The position numbers were made by a program, and so were the translations under genes. The notes under the pieces are model-generated. The model was not told the DNA's origin. It saw only the letters and a list, made by a program, of their open reading frames with translations, and did no database searches. A stretch of DNA of 64,000 bases from Octopus vulgaris (taxonomy: Eukaryota), in assembly GCA_951406725.2 (NCBI GenBank), contig OX597825.1, forward strand, positions 21,700,001 through 21,764,000, in the 5' to 3' direction. Each line of letters starts with the position of its first letter. Position 1 is the stretch's first letter. This document shows positions 1 through 13,679 of this stretch, one piece after another.

Positions 1-20
1 ATTTATATATATATATATAT

Positions 21-195
21 GTATAAGGGTGAAAAGGAACACACGAGTTGATATATATGAAAAAACAAGTCAAAATAGAAAATGCCAGAATAATTTTATA
101 AAGAACATTTCAGTACCGGTTTCGTTCATTTTGAGACCTTTTCAACTGTAACGATTAAATAATTAAATTTAGAAAAATTAGAAGAAAAGTTTTTA
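21..195 (-). mobile_element. PLE-type terminal repeat remnant in (TA)n with minimal hammerhead motif (U3:A8 variant)
   Basis: Minus strand of 111-148 reads cag-TTGAAAA-ggtc(tcaaaat)gaac-GAAA-ccgg-TA-ctg; flanked by (TA)n on both sides. Confidence 0.55.
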
Positions 196-770
196 TACAC
201 ATATATATATATACAATATGTATTCCTCTATATGATATATAATTATATAACTATACATGTATACACAAACACTCACGCACCTACACACACACACACACAC
301 ACACATTCACATATTGAATATTGTTATTTCACGATATCATTGGAAACGATCAATTTGGTTATCACCCCTGGTTTACACATAATCTATTTTGTTGAATGAC
401 GTTAAATGGCGGACTAAAAGGAGAAACGTCAGGTTACTGTTTCTTGAGTTAGTCGTGTATTTTGATATTACGGTTGCCAATACATTTCTCTTCTATTAGA
501 TTTTCTCCACCAGAGGCTCTGAACTGAACAGTGCATTGAAACGAAACAATTGGTTATTATTCGGTGCCACTACCCTATACACAAAACGAAAAGTAAAGTT
601 GTTGTATTCCTTTCTGCTCACTTTTTTAATTAGCATTTAGTGTATTCCGGTCAATTAGGAACCACTTGGGTCTATATAAATTTATACTGCTAAATAGAAT
701 ACATGTGCATATACATGTGTATTGTTGATATAGTTGTGGCAACTCAGGTGCGATGTATAAACATCAAATA

Positions 771-1157
771 CTAGCAGTATCGCCCGGCGTTGCTCGAGTT
801 TGTTTCGACACTTTAGAATTGGAATTTTTGAAAAGTAAAAGATTTGCATTATGTAGCTTGTTATTTTTTTTAAGTTAACATTTTTCTGGTCTAAATACAC
901 CGGAAAATGGTGACACAGCAGTCAAAAATCGTAAAAAATAGTGATTTTCAAAGAAAAAAAGCACCTTTTTGATGTAAATAATTTTTGGTGTTAACATGGT
1001 CCGATTTGAATTTTTTCTTCTACGGAAGGAAGAACAAGCCTTCTTCTATCATACTCTCAATTTTCGTCAACTTGAGCAGCAGGGTCTCGGAGAACATAGT
1101 GTTAGTTGAAGGTTACCAAACCTGCCATACACAGACAACTTCAGCTTTATATATAGA
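771..1157 (-). mobile_element. Non-autonomous Helitron, copy 1
   Basis: Minus strand begins TCTATATAT and ends with a GC-rich subterminal hairpin (cgagcaacgccggg) then CTAG|T; homologous to 33752-34137 and 58481-58869. Confidence 0.75.
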
Positions 1158-2929
1158 AAGATTACATCTATTTCTTTGCATAATGTAGTTTCGATCTGTA
1201 GTCGCTGGGTTAAGGATCCAGGGCGCTTCTACCACGACACTCTACTCAACAAGAGACTACATAACGTGTTACTTCTAATATTGCCTGTTCTGTGTTACAG
1301 TATTTCTATTACATCATCGATTATATGTTATTTATTTATACATCTTTCCATACATTGAACTGTTGCAAATATACGAAATACAGAAACTAATCTACATGCT
1401 GCTGCTCTGAGATATTAATTTACTTACTAAATGGTGACATTTCCCTCTGTCGATAATCCAAAAGTCACATTTGACAAACCATACACATAGATAATTTTTT
1501 TATGGATGCCACTTCGGTTGACATTTTCAAATCAGCCGGAAGCAAATCAATTCAGTAAATGTTTCCCTTCACCAGAACAGCATAATAAGCAAGCTTACTA
1601 GTCTTACTAAATAAGTAAATGTAGCACACTTCATGGTGAATCGCTGAAGCACGATTAAACGATCGATCTTACATGAATATTAGACTACTTCGTAATAATT
1701 TTGATTACACACGGTTCTTGCTGTGCTTGTTGTTGGTGTTGTTGTTCTCCAGCCTGGACTATTGTCTGATTGTTAGATATATTATAATTGAACTTACGTT
1801 ATCCGGTATTTCTGTCGTGTAAAATGACAGTTAAATATAGTTTAATGGAGGATTATCTGGTAATTCACGTCGACATGATCATTCTAGCTGGTGGAATGAT
1901 CACTTCGACGTTCTTACTCTAGTCCAAGTTGCTTGCTTTTTAGTACAGGTCGCAACAAGAAAGCGTAGAGAAATAGTTGGGCTTGGCTTTTCTGCTGTAT
2001 ATAATTAATATTGTTGCGAATACTGAATAACAAATGAAGTGTTTATCAACGTTTTCAACAGTGTTCATGTAGTTCTCTTGTATTTCTGTTACTCAGTCAA
2101 TGTTACATTTGTAGTTTTATATATTTCGTGTCATTGACATCATGTAAGGTAGTTTGAATGAAAGCCAAACTGGCACCCACAAAAAAAACTAAAAAAAAGC
2201 AAACCCAGAAAAGCAAAATAAAACAAAAACAAAAGAAAACAAAAAACAACGACATTGCATTCCTACTTCTCTTCTGATTATCATCTCAGAATTTATTAGT
2301 TCTTCCTTAATGAATAAAATATTTATCTCATTCATATTAATCGAAATCTATTTAGTCGAGACAAGTCTCCAGACGAACACGATATAAGCCAATGTTTATA
2401 ATCTCAGCTATTCAGAAATATGACTCATGTCTAGCTGAGTGTCGCAGTCTATCTGTGACAAATTGCAAGATAAGAGATCGTAAAATTATATGTTTCATCA
2501 CAGACTGATTGAGATGAAATCCGCACAATAATATCATGGGATTAAAACGGTATTTGTGGTGAATTAATTATGCTTCACATAGAGACTGAGTTGTCAATTA
2601 ATTTCAGAAACGATTAATTCTAAGGTAATGATTAATAATCAACTTTTGTTTACTAAATTCTCCTAATAAATATATATTAAATCAATATATTAAATGAATT
2701 AATGAGAAATGATTAGGTAATTATTATATTATTACAAATATTTTTTTATAAAGATAATTAAACAATATTAGAAATATAATAGTAATAAAACAAATAATAG
2801 AAATGTAGCCAAAATTTATAGCATTCATACAAATTTCGAAGTGGAAAAGTTTATAATATACTTAATATATGTACGTGATATATACAATGCAACATTTATT
2901 TATATTTTGATAACTTCTTATTTTCGTGA

Positions 2930-3845
2930 TAATTATAAACCCTTTTATATAATACGAGGTATATTCTAGAGCAGTGCTACTCAAAGTAGTGGTCCGCGAA
3001 CCGCAGCTGCTGGTATCCGGCGAGTTTCCAGAAAAGTAAGAAACGTTATAAAATGTTTATAAAATACTTATGAAATATTGTATTATTTGTTTACAAAATA
3101 AATATAAGATAAAAAGATTGTCAAATTTTATTATATTCATTATTCCGGTATAAACTGATATTACTAAGAAATATTACCGATATCTGGCACATTGGAAAAA
3201 CAAACTGCCAGTGCACCGCATCAGATAGAGGACACAATGTTCTATAGGACACATAATACAAGGGAGATAAGAAGTATTTCATAATATTCGGTGATGTTAG
3301 ATAATTAAGGAATAATAAAAAAAAGATGCATTAAGGAATAATAAGAAAAACTGCATTGAATACTCATATATAACTTTTTTTGCTGCTTATTTATAAACCC
3401 TTTTATAATACGTGGTATATTCTAGAGCAGTGCTGCTCAAAGTGGTGGTCCGCGGACCGCAGCTGCCGGTACCCTGCGAGTTTCTGGAAAAGAAAGAAAA
3501 TGATATGCTTATAAAATACTTATGTAATATTGTATTATTTGTTTACAAAATAAATATAAGATAAAAAGATTGTCAAATTTTATTATATTCATTATTCCGG
3601 TATAAACTGATATTACTAAGAAATATTACCGATATCTGGCACATTGGAAAAACAAACTGCCAGTGCACCGCATCAGATAGAGGACACAATGTTCTATAGG
3701 ACACATAATACAAGGGAGATAAGAAGTATTTCATAATATTCGGTGATGTTAGATAATTAAGGAATAATAAAAAAAGATGCATTAAGAAATAATAAGAAAA
3801 ACTGCATTGAATACTCATATATAACTACTTTTGGCTGCTTATTTA
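2930..3845. repeat. Tandem duplication, period about 456 bp
   Basis: ttctagagcagtgct at 2964 and 3420; long near-identical downstream blocks. Confidence 0.9.
2972..3239. mobile_element. hAT (Charlie/MER5-like) MITE, present again at about 3428-3691
   Basis: Starts CAGTGCTACTCAAAGT; bounded by 8-bp ttctagag (2964-2971) and ttctatag (3240-3247), matching the NTCTAGAN hAT-Charlie target; right TIR degenerate. Confidence 0.55.
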
Positions 3846-4010
3846 TTATGCATTCCTTTAAATTTCAAGACAGTGTTAATAATGAATAGAGCCACATCAG
3901 TTTTTTTAGAAATCGTCAACATGGCATAACATGAGATATATTAATTTATTAATTAAACACCTTATGAAGCGAAGCATTTCTTATTGACAGGAAATAATTA
4001 CAATCTGCTG

Positions 4011-4063
<53 letters not shown>

Positions 4064-4093
4064 TATGTATGTATGTATGTATGTATATATATT

Positions 4094-4200
4094 CAAAACT
4101 GTCCGACGAACGGGAACGTGAAACTCTGAGTAGCAGTCTTTTTGTGATGTTTTTGCAGTTTTAATGATAAACCATATTGCTCTACCTCCGGTAGTTTGTG
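4094..4200 (+). mobile_element. PLE-type repeat with hammerhead motif (U4C variant)
   Basis: 4098-4137: actgt-CCGACGA-acg(ggaa)cgt-GAAA-ctc t gag-TA-gcagt; same family at 29541-29810. Confidence 0.6.
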
Positions 4201-4560
4201 TCTGTATATAGCATTTGCAAGGGTGGTCATCGATCCCATCTGTAGTTTTACGTGATACTCACAGACCTAGGTTTCTGAATGTTAACCGTCCCCAGTGTGA
4301 GACAAGCACCAGCTAGTGAAGACAGCTATCTTCACTCGCAAATACAATATATTCTTTAAGCGGCACACAGTCGCTCATCTCGTATCGAGAAAAAGAACGT
4401 TTTAAATCTCTGAGCTAGAGAAGTTAGCCATCGTCACTAGCTGGTTGTTGTCTCACACTGAGGACGGATAACATTCAGAAACCTAAGCCTGTGAGTATCA
4501 CGTAACATTAGAGATGGGAGCAATGACCTCCCTTGCAAATGCTATATACGGACAAAAACT
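4193..4560. mobile_element. Head-to-head inverted pair of PLE-type repeats, each with a hammerhead motif
   Basis: Arms 4193-4319 and 4434-4560 are reverse complements; consensus ctcaca-CTGAGGA-stemII-GAAA-cctagg-TC-tgtgag. Confidence 0.7.
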
Positions 4561-4676
4561 GAGTGTCAATAGCCAGTTTTCCTGGGGCTAAAATAACAGT
4601 AACATCGTCCTTTATAGCACTGCCACATTATGTTGGCAAATAAACGTTATATATATGTGTGTGTGTGTCGATATGC

Positions 4677-4717
<41 letters not shown>

Positions 4718-4918
4718 AGTTTCTTTCTTTCTCTGTATCACTTTCTCTCTCTCCCTCTCCCTCTCTCTCTCTCTCTCTCTGTGCATATATGTCATATCGC
4801 AGTGAAACCCGAGTCGCAAATATGCATAACATCCTGTGTTAATGACCTATATGTGCACAGACGCGCCCTCAGCCCCCTGACACGAACGAACGAATACACA
4901 TACACCCACACACTCGCA

Positions 4919-4966
<48 letters not shown>

Positions 4967-5359
4967 TACACACATTTCTATAAAAATACAGCAGGTTGTT
5001 TTCTCTTTTGTGCTTAAGAACATAATTCATTGAAATTGTTTTGAAACATCTAGAAAGCAGTCATAATCGTTTTTTTTTTTAAATCTTTTATCACGCCTTA
5101 GATATTGTTTGCACGGTTCATGTGCCGCAGCCATTAAATATATCGTAAAATATATTAAGTGAATCGTCTCACTATTTGCTTTAAATCCTGAAGAATTATA
5201 ATGTCTAGTTTATCACGGATTTACCTTGTTATTTTGAGATAAATATATCGAGATCTTAATAATATTATTAAGCAAAGTACATATTATGTTTCATAAACAA
5301 TATGAATCCCAAATGAATTTACAGCTTGTGAGACGAGTCTATGAGAAGTTATATAAACT

Positions 5360-5595
5360 GGGCGCAATGGCCCAGTGGTTAGGGCAGCGGACTTGCGGTC
5401 GGAGGATCGCGGTTTCGATTCCCAGACCGGGCGTTGTGTGTGTTTATTGAGCGAAAACACCTAAAAGCTCCACGAGGCTCCGGCAGGGGATGGTGGTGAT
5501 CCCTGCTGTACTCTTTCACCACTCTAAAAGGCGGTGCTCCAGCATGGCCGCAGTCAAATGACTGAAACAATTAAAAAAAAAAAAAAAAAAAAAAC
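5360..5595 (+). mobile_element. Chimeric tRNA-derived SINE: family B head with family A tail and poly(A)
   Basis: A box tggcccagtggtt, B box gtttcgattcc; after ctctttcaccac it switches to aaggcggtgctccagcatggccgcagtcaaatgactgaaac. Confidence 0.8.
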
Positions 5596-5599
5596 ACTT

Positions 5600-5742
5600 G
5601 CTCATACTAGTACTCGACTGATATTTTTGTTCCTAGAAGATGAAAACCAACCTCAGTGAAATGGAACTCAGAACGTAGCGGTGGATGAAATATCGATGAG
5701 CATTTCGTACAACGCACTAAAGATTCTGCCAGCTCGCCGCCA
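5600..5742 (-). mobile_element. tRNA-derived SINE family C fragment
   Basis: Reverse complement of head ggcggcgagctggcagaatc; homologous to 42459-42689. Confidence 0.7.
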
Positions 5743-5780
5743 CAAATAATAATAATAATAATAAAAATTATAATATAATC

Positions 5781-5830
<50 letters not shown>

Positions 5831-7757
5831 TGTTGAATTTCTTTAAAATCAAAGTATTGCAGCACACAAAAATTACTTGAGACGGTGATAGTCATTCAAA
5901 TCGATCACATCACAGTGTTTAACTGGTTTCTTATTTCATCGAAGCCCGTAGAATAAAAGGCAGATTTGAGTTCAATCGGATTTGAACTCAGGATGCTTGC
6001 AGCTACAACTTAATACAACGTGGCTACTAATGTCCTCTGTAATTTTCTTTGACAAGAGAAAAGATAGAAGAGAAAGATAGGATACGTCCACTCCTTAGAA
6101 TAGTTCTGAAAGAAAAGAAAGATGATCACGCGAGGAAAAGAAAGATGGACGATGGTCACGTGTGAGCTACAAGAGAGAGCGAGTAAAGGGGAAAGAAGGG
6201 GAAAGAGACAGAGAGAGAGATGCGATATGGTGAAGTGGAGAAAAACGGGAATTAGAGAAAAGATTGGAGAGAATACGATGGAGGAGAAAATTGACTCAAA
6301 TCAATTTGAGTGTAGTAATCCAGTCGGCAAACACGCAAGCCGTTGAGTATCATTCATTTACCAATCATTGTTTGTTCTTATTATAAGATGCGACTCTAAA
6401 AAGATTAAGATGAACTGACTTGGAAATGGGTGCGTGGCGTTCAAACAAATAAATGATATATATATGCAAACACACATACAGTTATATACATGCAAACACA
6501 CATACAGTTCCGTAATAGGAACTAGCTAATCCTCGTTTTGTATTATCACATGCATTTAAATCCTGTGTATATCGAATGGTATCTATTTATCCAATTGTAC
6601 ATGTATATTTTACACACACATCCACACCCACACATACACACACACACACATATATATATAGATATACGTACATACATATATCTATACACCTACACACACA
6701 CACATATATATATACATATATATCTATATTTCTATACTCATATTTATATCTTGATCATACTGATTTTACTTCTACGCATAGGCTTAATTAACCACCAGTT
6801 GTATGAGCGGTTAAAGGTAAGATTTGAGGTGTCAGTAAAATCAATATGATCAATAAATAATTTTACTCTAGTAAATGTGTAGAGTGTCACATTCCAGATG
6901 ATCTGTATGCGTGCCTATGTGTGTCTCTGTATGTAAAGTGTACGTAATTATCAGATCAGTAGTTGTCTCTCTCTGTCTGTCTCACACACATACGCACACG
7001 CGTATCAGTGCCCCACCTGTCAGTCTGAGGCGATTGTAAATTTTTAAAGCATTCGCCATTCACAGCCAGCCTAAAAGAAAGCAAGAATTAAATCTCTCTT
7101 GCTGTAGATAATATTAGCGTTTGATGAGAAGTGTTAAATAGGATCTAGCACATCGATAGGTGAAAATTCAAACTTACACCTCCGTGAATCAGGTGATGGA
7201 GATAATATATATATCAGATATTATCCATCCGCACTAATTGTGTAAATCAATACAGATAATAGAGATAGAAATCTGATATATTCGGAAAATTTGTCTTTTC
7301 TTTCCTGTAGACTTCAAAGCGTGGCTATGATGCTAAGGTGATGTACCAGATTTCTCTTTTAGTATTAAAGGACAACAACCAACATCACATCATACTCCCA
7401 CGTTAACTTTATACTTATAATAAGAACAAACAATGATTGGTAAATGAATGATATTCAACGGCTTACGTGTTTGCCGGTAGGATTACTGCATTCAATATCT
7501 TGGTGATTTGAGTCGCTTTTAATTAGTGGTGTACAAGAATTTCAGCTTCCTGCAAAACAAAGGCATAGGAGAAACATTAAGAATACTAAATAAAGAAAAA
7601 GCAAAGCTAAAACAAACGAAAAACGAAAGAGAAAGTACAAACAACTGGTATCTAAAGTGAAATGCAACGACGTCTGATTGAGGTTTTTGATCTTTTATAT
7701 TAATTCTTTTTCTGCCTGACTGCCTGTCAATCAGCGTTATTATTCTGTTAATTCTAT

Positions 7758-7837
7758 TATATATACATACATACATACATGCATACATACATAATACATA
7801 CATATATACATACATACATACATACATAATACATACA

Positions 7838-7871
<34 letters not shown>

Positions 7872-7930
7872 CATACATACATACATAATACATACATATA
7901 TACATACATACATACATAATACATACATAT

Positions 7931-7961
<31 letters not shown>

Positions 7962-8088
7962 CATACATGCATACATACATAATACATACATATATACATA
8001 CATACATACATACATATATACATACATACATACATACATACATACATACATACATACATACATGCATACATACATAATACATACATAT

Positions 8089-8119
<31 letters not shown>

Positions 8120-8240
8120 CATACATACATACATACATACATACATAATACATACATACATACATACATACATACATACATACATACATACATACATACA
8201 TACATACATACATACATACATACATACATACATACACACA
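7758..8240. repeat. (TACA)n microsatellite with recurring TACATAA and TATA variants
   Basis: Direct reading; source of the MYVC-repeat ORFs. Confidence 0.95.
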
Positions 8241-8471
8241 TATGCATACGTACTCACATAGATGCATGCTTACGAGAACAAATACAGACTGTGCAAATCT
8301 AAAGCTAAAGACATGACCCACATTAATGGTAACTTCTAGATATTATCTTCGCACGATGCATAATTCAGTGACCAGGACTCTCTGGAATTGTTTAAGAAAA
8401 TGGAAATTACCACAGAACAAATGTGACTTTACTGAGACTGATGAGTCGAAAAATGTTGATGGAACTTAAGT

Positions 8472-8631
8472 GCAGGCGTGGCTGAGTGGTAAGTAGCCTG
8501 CTTACCAATCACATGGTTCAGGGTTCAGTCTCACTGTGTGAAACCTCGGGTAAGTGGCTTTTACTTTAGCCTCGAGCCAACCAGAGGGTTGTGAGTGGAT
8601 TTGGTAGATGGAAACTGAAAGAAGCCCGTCA
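8472..8631 (+). mobile_element. SINE family A (CORE-like), 5' half
   Basis: tRNA-like head gcaggcgtggctgagtggtaag...gggttcagtc, ending gaaactgaaagaagcccgtc. Confidence 0.75.
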
Positions 8632-9033
8632 TATATATATATAAGCATCTTGTTTTATTTATCATCCTTTATATCTTAAGCAGTTCTCACAACATTTCAT
8701 TCTCCCAGATATCCTGATCATTTGTGGCGTATGTATGAAAGAGTTACACATGCTCGCCACCTGAACACATATTCAAACATAATTTGCTCCAGGCGGAATG
8801 GTACGTATTCTGTTCCTCTTTGATAAAGATAACTATGAAACTGAAAGTATATTTTGGGTAATGGATTAGAAAACTACTTATTAATGAGGAATAGACGTTT
8901 CTTTCTCCTATATCTCTCTGACCACATTGGCAAGTAGAGGGCAGATGATTTCCACAACAGAGGATATTTTTTCTTGTGGTCTCACACAACATATGGCAGG
9001 TAATTAATTATTTTGGTGGATATTTTCATTTTA

Positions 9034-9222
9034 TTCTTTTATTTACTTCAGTCATCTGAATGCGGCTATGCTGGAGCACCGCCTTTAGTTGAACAAATCA
9101 ACCCTAGGAATTATGTTATCGATCTCTTTTGCCGAACCGCTTAGTTACAGGGATGTAAACACGCCAACATCGGTTGTCAAGCAATGCTGTATGTGCGGGG
9201 GGGGGACAAATACAGACACAGA
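9034..9222 (-). mobile_element. SINE family A, 3' half (inverted relative to its 5' half)
   Basis: Reverse complement of tail ...ggcggtgctccagcatagccgcattcagatgactgaagtaaat. Confidence 0.75.
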
Positions 9223-9235
9223 TATACATATAATA

Positions 9236-9317
<82 letters not shown>

Positions 9318-9479
9318 GAGCAAATTATGTTTTAATATGTGTTCAGGTGGCGAGCATGTGTAACTCTTTCATACATACGCCACAGATGATCAGGATATAT
9401 GGGAGAATGAAGTGTTGTGAGAACTGCTTAAGATATAAAGGATGATAAGTCAAAAAAGATACTTTCCTTCACAACTTTA

Positions 9480-11045
9480 GGACCAAGAAGGTGGTTGGTC
9501 AGAATTAGCTATAAATTAAAAAGAGAAAATGAAAACATATATACACACATGAATAGAGCCTTCAACAATGAGATACTAATATAACTTATAATTTATTCGT
9601 GGACGATGTAAAGATCTCTGCCGGTATTATTTAAAGCAATTGGATTAAATTGGGCATTTTTCATTGATGTAAGGATGAGATTCGGCTAAAAGAAATGTTC
9701 ATATTCACAACGAAGTGTGACGAAACTCTTTCCTCGAAACCTGAATATTTTTGACGATGATATCTCTATATTTCTGTTCCACAAAAAGAGTACTGCAAAT
9801 ACCCAAGGTATTGATGAAAAGTAATGTAAGAGTAACAAAGAATATTAAAAAGATGTGGTGATCAGAACTTTCTTCTTATAACAAGATGGTATCTCACAAT
9901 ACATTTGCATCACCGTACTGATATCAGAATTTGGGATACTCGACTGGATTATTATTGAGGCAATCCGTTGCATAGACATAAAAAACCCACGATATCCTGA
10001 CGCTGGCTACAAATATCTGTAGGAAAACTGACATGGGCGAATTGTATTCACAAGAAAGAGGTGAGAAGAAGCTTCTCGCTAGTGTCGATAGCATTTGAGT
10101 TCTATATGGTATCACTTAGAGAGTACCTGCTAAACAATAGTAGCAAAGATAAACATATTAACCTAGTTCTGAGAAAGGAAAACAGAAAAACATCCTACAA
10201 GATCTCAAGAAACATTCACTTCCTGATGACGTCCCAAACGATGCTGGAATTGCTGCGCTTGCATATCTCAGCAGTTATGAAAAAGAAACATTCTACATAC
10301 CACAAAAATTTATGCGTGGGTGATTCCTGTAAACTAGAAAAAGACGTTATTATTAGCATGAAGTCTGTGTTTCTGGGAAGAGCAGGAAATAGCTACAAAT
10401 TATCTGATGAATAATGAGATAGAGAAACCCTGGAAATCCAAAGATGCAATCAGAAGTGTTGACTATACAACGTTTCTGTGGACAGTATAATACCTTATCA
10501 GTAGCTGTGAGAAATGCCATCAAGGTATTACATACTCCTCACTGCGACACGATGTTCTTACTAAAAGAAAATACAATGCCACCCGCCAAGAAAGACTACC
10601 CAGGCATAAATATAATCAACGCTTTTGCTATGTAATACATACATCTCAGCAGAGGCAAAATTTATGGAACATTCTAATCAAAATGTCTACGAAAAGCAAC
10701 GAATAGATCTGCCGTAGTTATTTAGGACAGAACAGAATAATCAAGCACAGTCGTACAAATTAGTTGGTCCGCAAATGTAAATCCGTTTTACAAAATCAGC
10801 GAGAGGGAAAACATTTATAGGAAACCGCTTCAAATGCTGCAGCATCTCAATCTTGATTATAAATATACATTCATACCAATCACCATTGGTGCATCTAGTT
10901 ATATGAGGTTATGCCTTAGCCACAATCTGCAGAAGCTAGGATTATCAAGCAAATAAAGAGACCAGCTAACACTAACTGTGATGATACAATCTGTAAGTAG
11001 AGCAGTAAAAATATGCAAGGCTTTCTTAAAGTTCGGTATGTAACA
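9480..11045 (+). pseudogene. Decayed RLE-type (R4/Dong-like) non-LTR retrotransposon, RT to C-terminus
   Basis: Frame-shifted motifs LFVDDVK (about 9592), MRFG*KKC, KYxGIDE, RHDV (about 10545), PITIGAS, IQSVSRAVKICKAFLKF (about 10984-11035). Confidence 0.65.
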
Positions 11046-11616
11046 ATTATCATTATTGTTATTCCAAATCATTGAGATTTTGGTTCTTCGTTAGAAACGA
11101 GCTCACTCATTCTAAAAAGAAAACTAAAAAACATAAACACACATGCACGCGCATATACACACATACACGCATTTATACATACATATACGTATGTACATCC
11201 ATTCACACATATACGGACACTCTCACACACACAAAATGGCACGCACACACATACACATATCTACATACATATATAGATATATTTATGGAGATTTGTATAT
11301 TATATTATATATGCACGCGATTGTGTGTGCTTCTGTGATATTTGCATTATATTCCATATATAGGCACGCGTGCGTGTGTGTGTGTTTGTGCATGTGTATT
11401 GGTGTGTATGTGCGTGTGCAATATCGTATTATATATATAGTATCATAACTCACCTAAATATAACTGAAGAATTGTCGATTTTCCTCCCTTACGTTATTGA
11501 CAGTATACTTAGGAAATTATTTCCTGAAATATTTTGAGTTCATGCGTATGTTTCTGAAGGTATAAACACATATACAGACACGCGCACACACATTTTCATG
11601 TGATTGACTATATTTT

Positions 11617-12008
11617 TTCTTTTATTTGTTTTAGTCATTTGACTGCGGCCATGCTGGAGCACTGCCTTTAGACGAGCAAATCAACCCTAGGACTTATTCT
11701 TTATAAGCCTGGTACATATTCTTTCGTCACTTTTTTGCCAAATCGCCTAGTTACGGGGACAGAAACACACCAGCATCGGTTGTCAAGCGCTGTTGGGGAG
11801 GGACAAATACGGACACACAAACATATATATACATACATATATATATATATATACGACGGGCTTCTTTCAGTTACCGTCTACAAAATTCATTCACAAGGTT
11901 TTGGTCGACCCGAGGCTATAGTAGAGGACACTTGGCCAAGGTACCACGCAGTGGGACTGAACCCGGAACCATGTGATTGTTAAGCAAGTTACTTACCACG
12001 CAGTCACT
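11617..12008 (-). mobile_element. SINE family A, near full length
   Basis: Reverse complement of 23145-23539 with internal (TA)n. Confidence 0.85.
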
Positions 12009-12429
12009 ATTTTTTCAAATAGATATACTTAAAATATTCTCCATCTGCTGCATATATTCGATGATGCATAGAATATGTTTCTGGTGGTGCATTTATTTTA
12101 ATATGATTTCTGACCCAATATGAGCAAGACGCGTTTGTGTATGAACGCATATTTTATGTATGTATGTATGTATGTATGTATGTATGTATGTATGTATGTA
12201 TGTATGTATGTATGTATATGTGTTATGTGTATGCACGTGAGAGCAAGTGCACGCACGAGCATACATTTTGGTGTATTGTTATTCTATTCTCATTCTTTTT
12301 TATCATTTTGTATTCGTAGAAAGAGTAATGCGTGCATATTCGACCGATAAAATTGAATATAGATTACAAAAGTCGAAGATCGCTACTTTAAAAAGATTGG
12401 TCTTCGATTTCATCTTAGAGATAGTAAAA

Positions 12430-12897
12430 TGATAATAAAAATGATGATGGTGATGATGATGATAACGATAACAATGATAATGTTATTGTTGATGATGATG
12501 ATGATGATAATGATAATGATGATGGTGATGGTGGTGTTGGTGGTGACGATGATGATGATGATGATGATAACGATGATAACAATAATGATGTTATTGTTGA
12601 TGATGATGATAATAATGATGATGGTGATGGATGGTGGTGGTGGTGATGATGATGATGATGATGACGATGATGATGATGATGATGATGATGACGATAACGA
12701 TGATAACAATGATGATGGTATTGTTGATGATGATGATAATAATGATGATGGTGATGGTGCTGGTGGTGGTGATGATGGTGATGATGACGATGATGATGAT
12801 GATGATGATGATGATAACGATGATAACAAAAATGATGTTATTGTTGATGATGATGATAATAATGATGATGATGGTGGTGGTGATGATGATGATGATT
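12430..12897. repeat. Complex (GAT/GGT/AAT)n repeat with a higher-order unit
   Basis: Motif gataacgatgataacaa..gatg.tattgttgatgatgatgat recurs four times about 120 bp apart. Confidence 0.9.
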
Positions 12898-13679
12898 ATA
12901 ACGCAGTTATTTTCAGTCTGCTTAGAGCATATCTTAAAAAAAAAACGTATTTTCTCGTCAACGTTAGAAAGAGATATATTTTAATTATTTTTATTCTTTC
13001 TCTCATCGATGTTAGAAATATGGATATTTTTGTAATTTATTATTTTTTTTCACACATCAACGTTAGAAGCTTACTTGCCATCAATATGCTCACCCATACC
13101 CCCGACTCCGCCACCTATACCGGAAATCTTCATTCTCTTTTCTGATAGTTAATAACATTCCACCCCCACTCTCAGCCTTTGTAGTATTTCTTCCTTATAA
13201 AACGATTTTTGTACAAAATATTATTCTCTACCTAATATCTTCCCTCCGCCCACTTGCATCATGTCGAGGACGGAATAGAAGAAATCCAAACAAATACAAC
13301 TAGATTTAAAAGAACCGAAACGTAACCGAAACCTATTCGGACTCCTCCACCACTCGTCCCATTAGGCCCAAATTTTAGAGTAGCCATCTGAAGGCTGATA
13401 ATACGAGAAAGTTGGAAAAATAGGGGTGAGAGAGACAATGCAAGCTGGAGCAGAGAACTGGGGGTACGAATAGCTAAGTAACACGAGATTTCCAAATTAC
13501 CTCCTTCTAAGAGGTAAAAACCGCGGGCCAGATAGCCTTAATATTGATTTCAAAATTTGGCACAAGGCCAGCAGTTTCGGGGAAGAGAGTAAATCGATTT
13601 CATCGACCCCTAGTATCCAACTGGTACTCATTTTATCGACATGAGAATATGAAAGGTTTACTATTTACAATACAAAACG

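Noticed and set aside
7519-8321. Long ORFs of 166-242 aa
   Set aside because: Translations of (TACA)n; the same applies to the IY, CV, HT, poly-L, poly-S and poly-Y ORFs across the window
12410-13145. 238-aa Asp-rich ORF resembling an acidic biomineralisation protein
   Set aside because: Open in several frames and on both strands, as expected for (GAT)n; no domain or splice support
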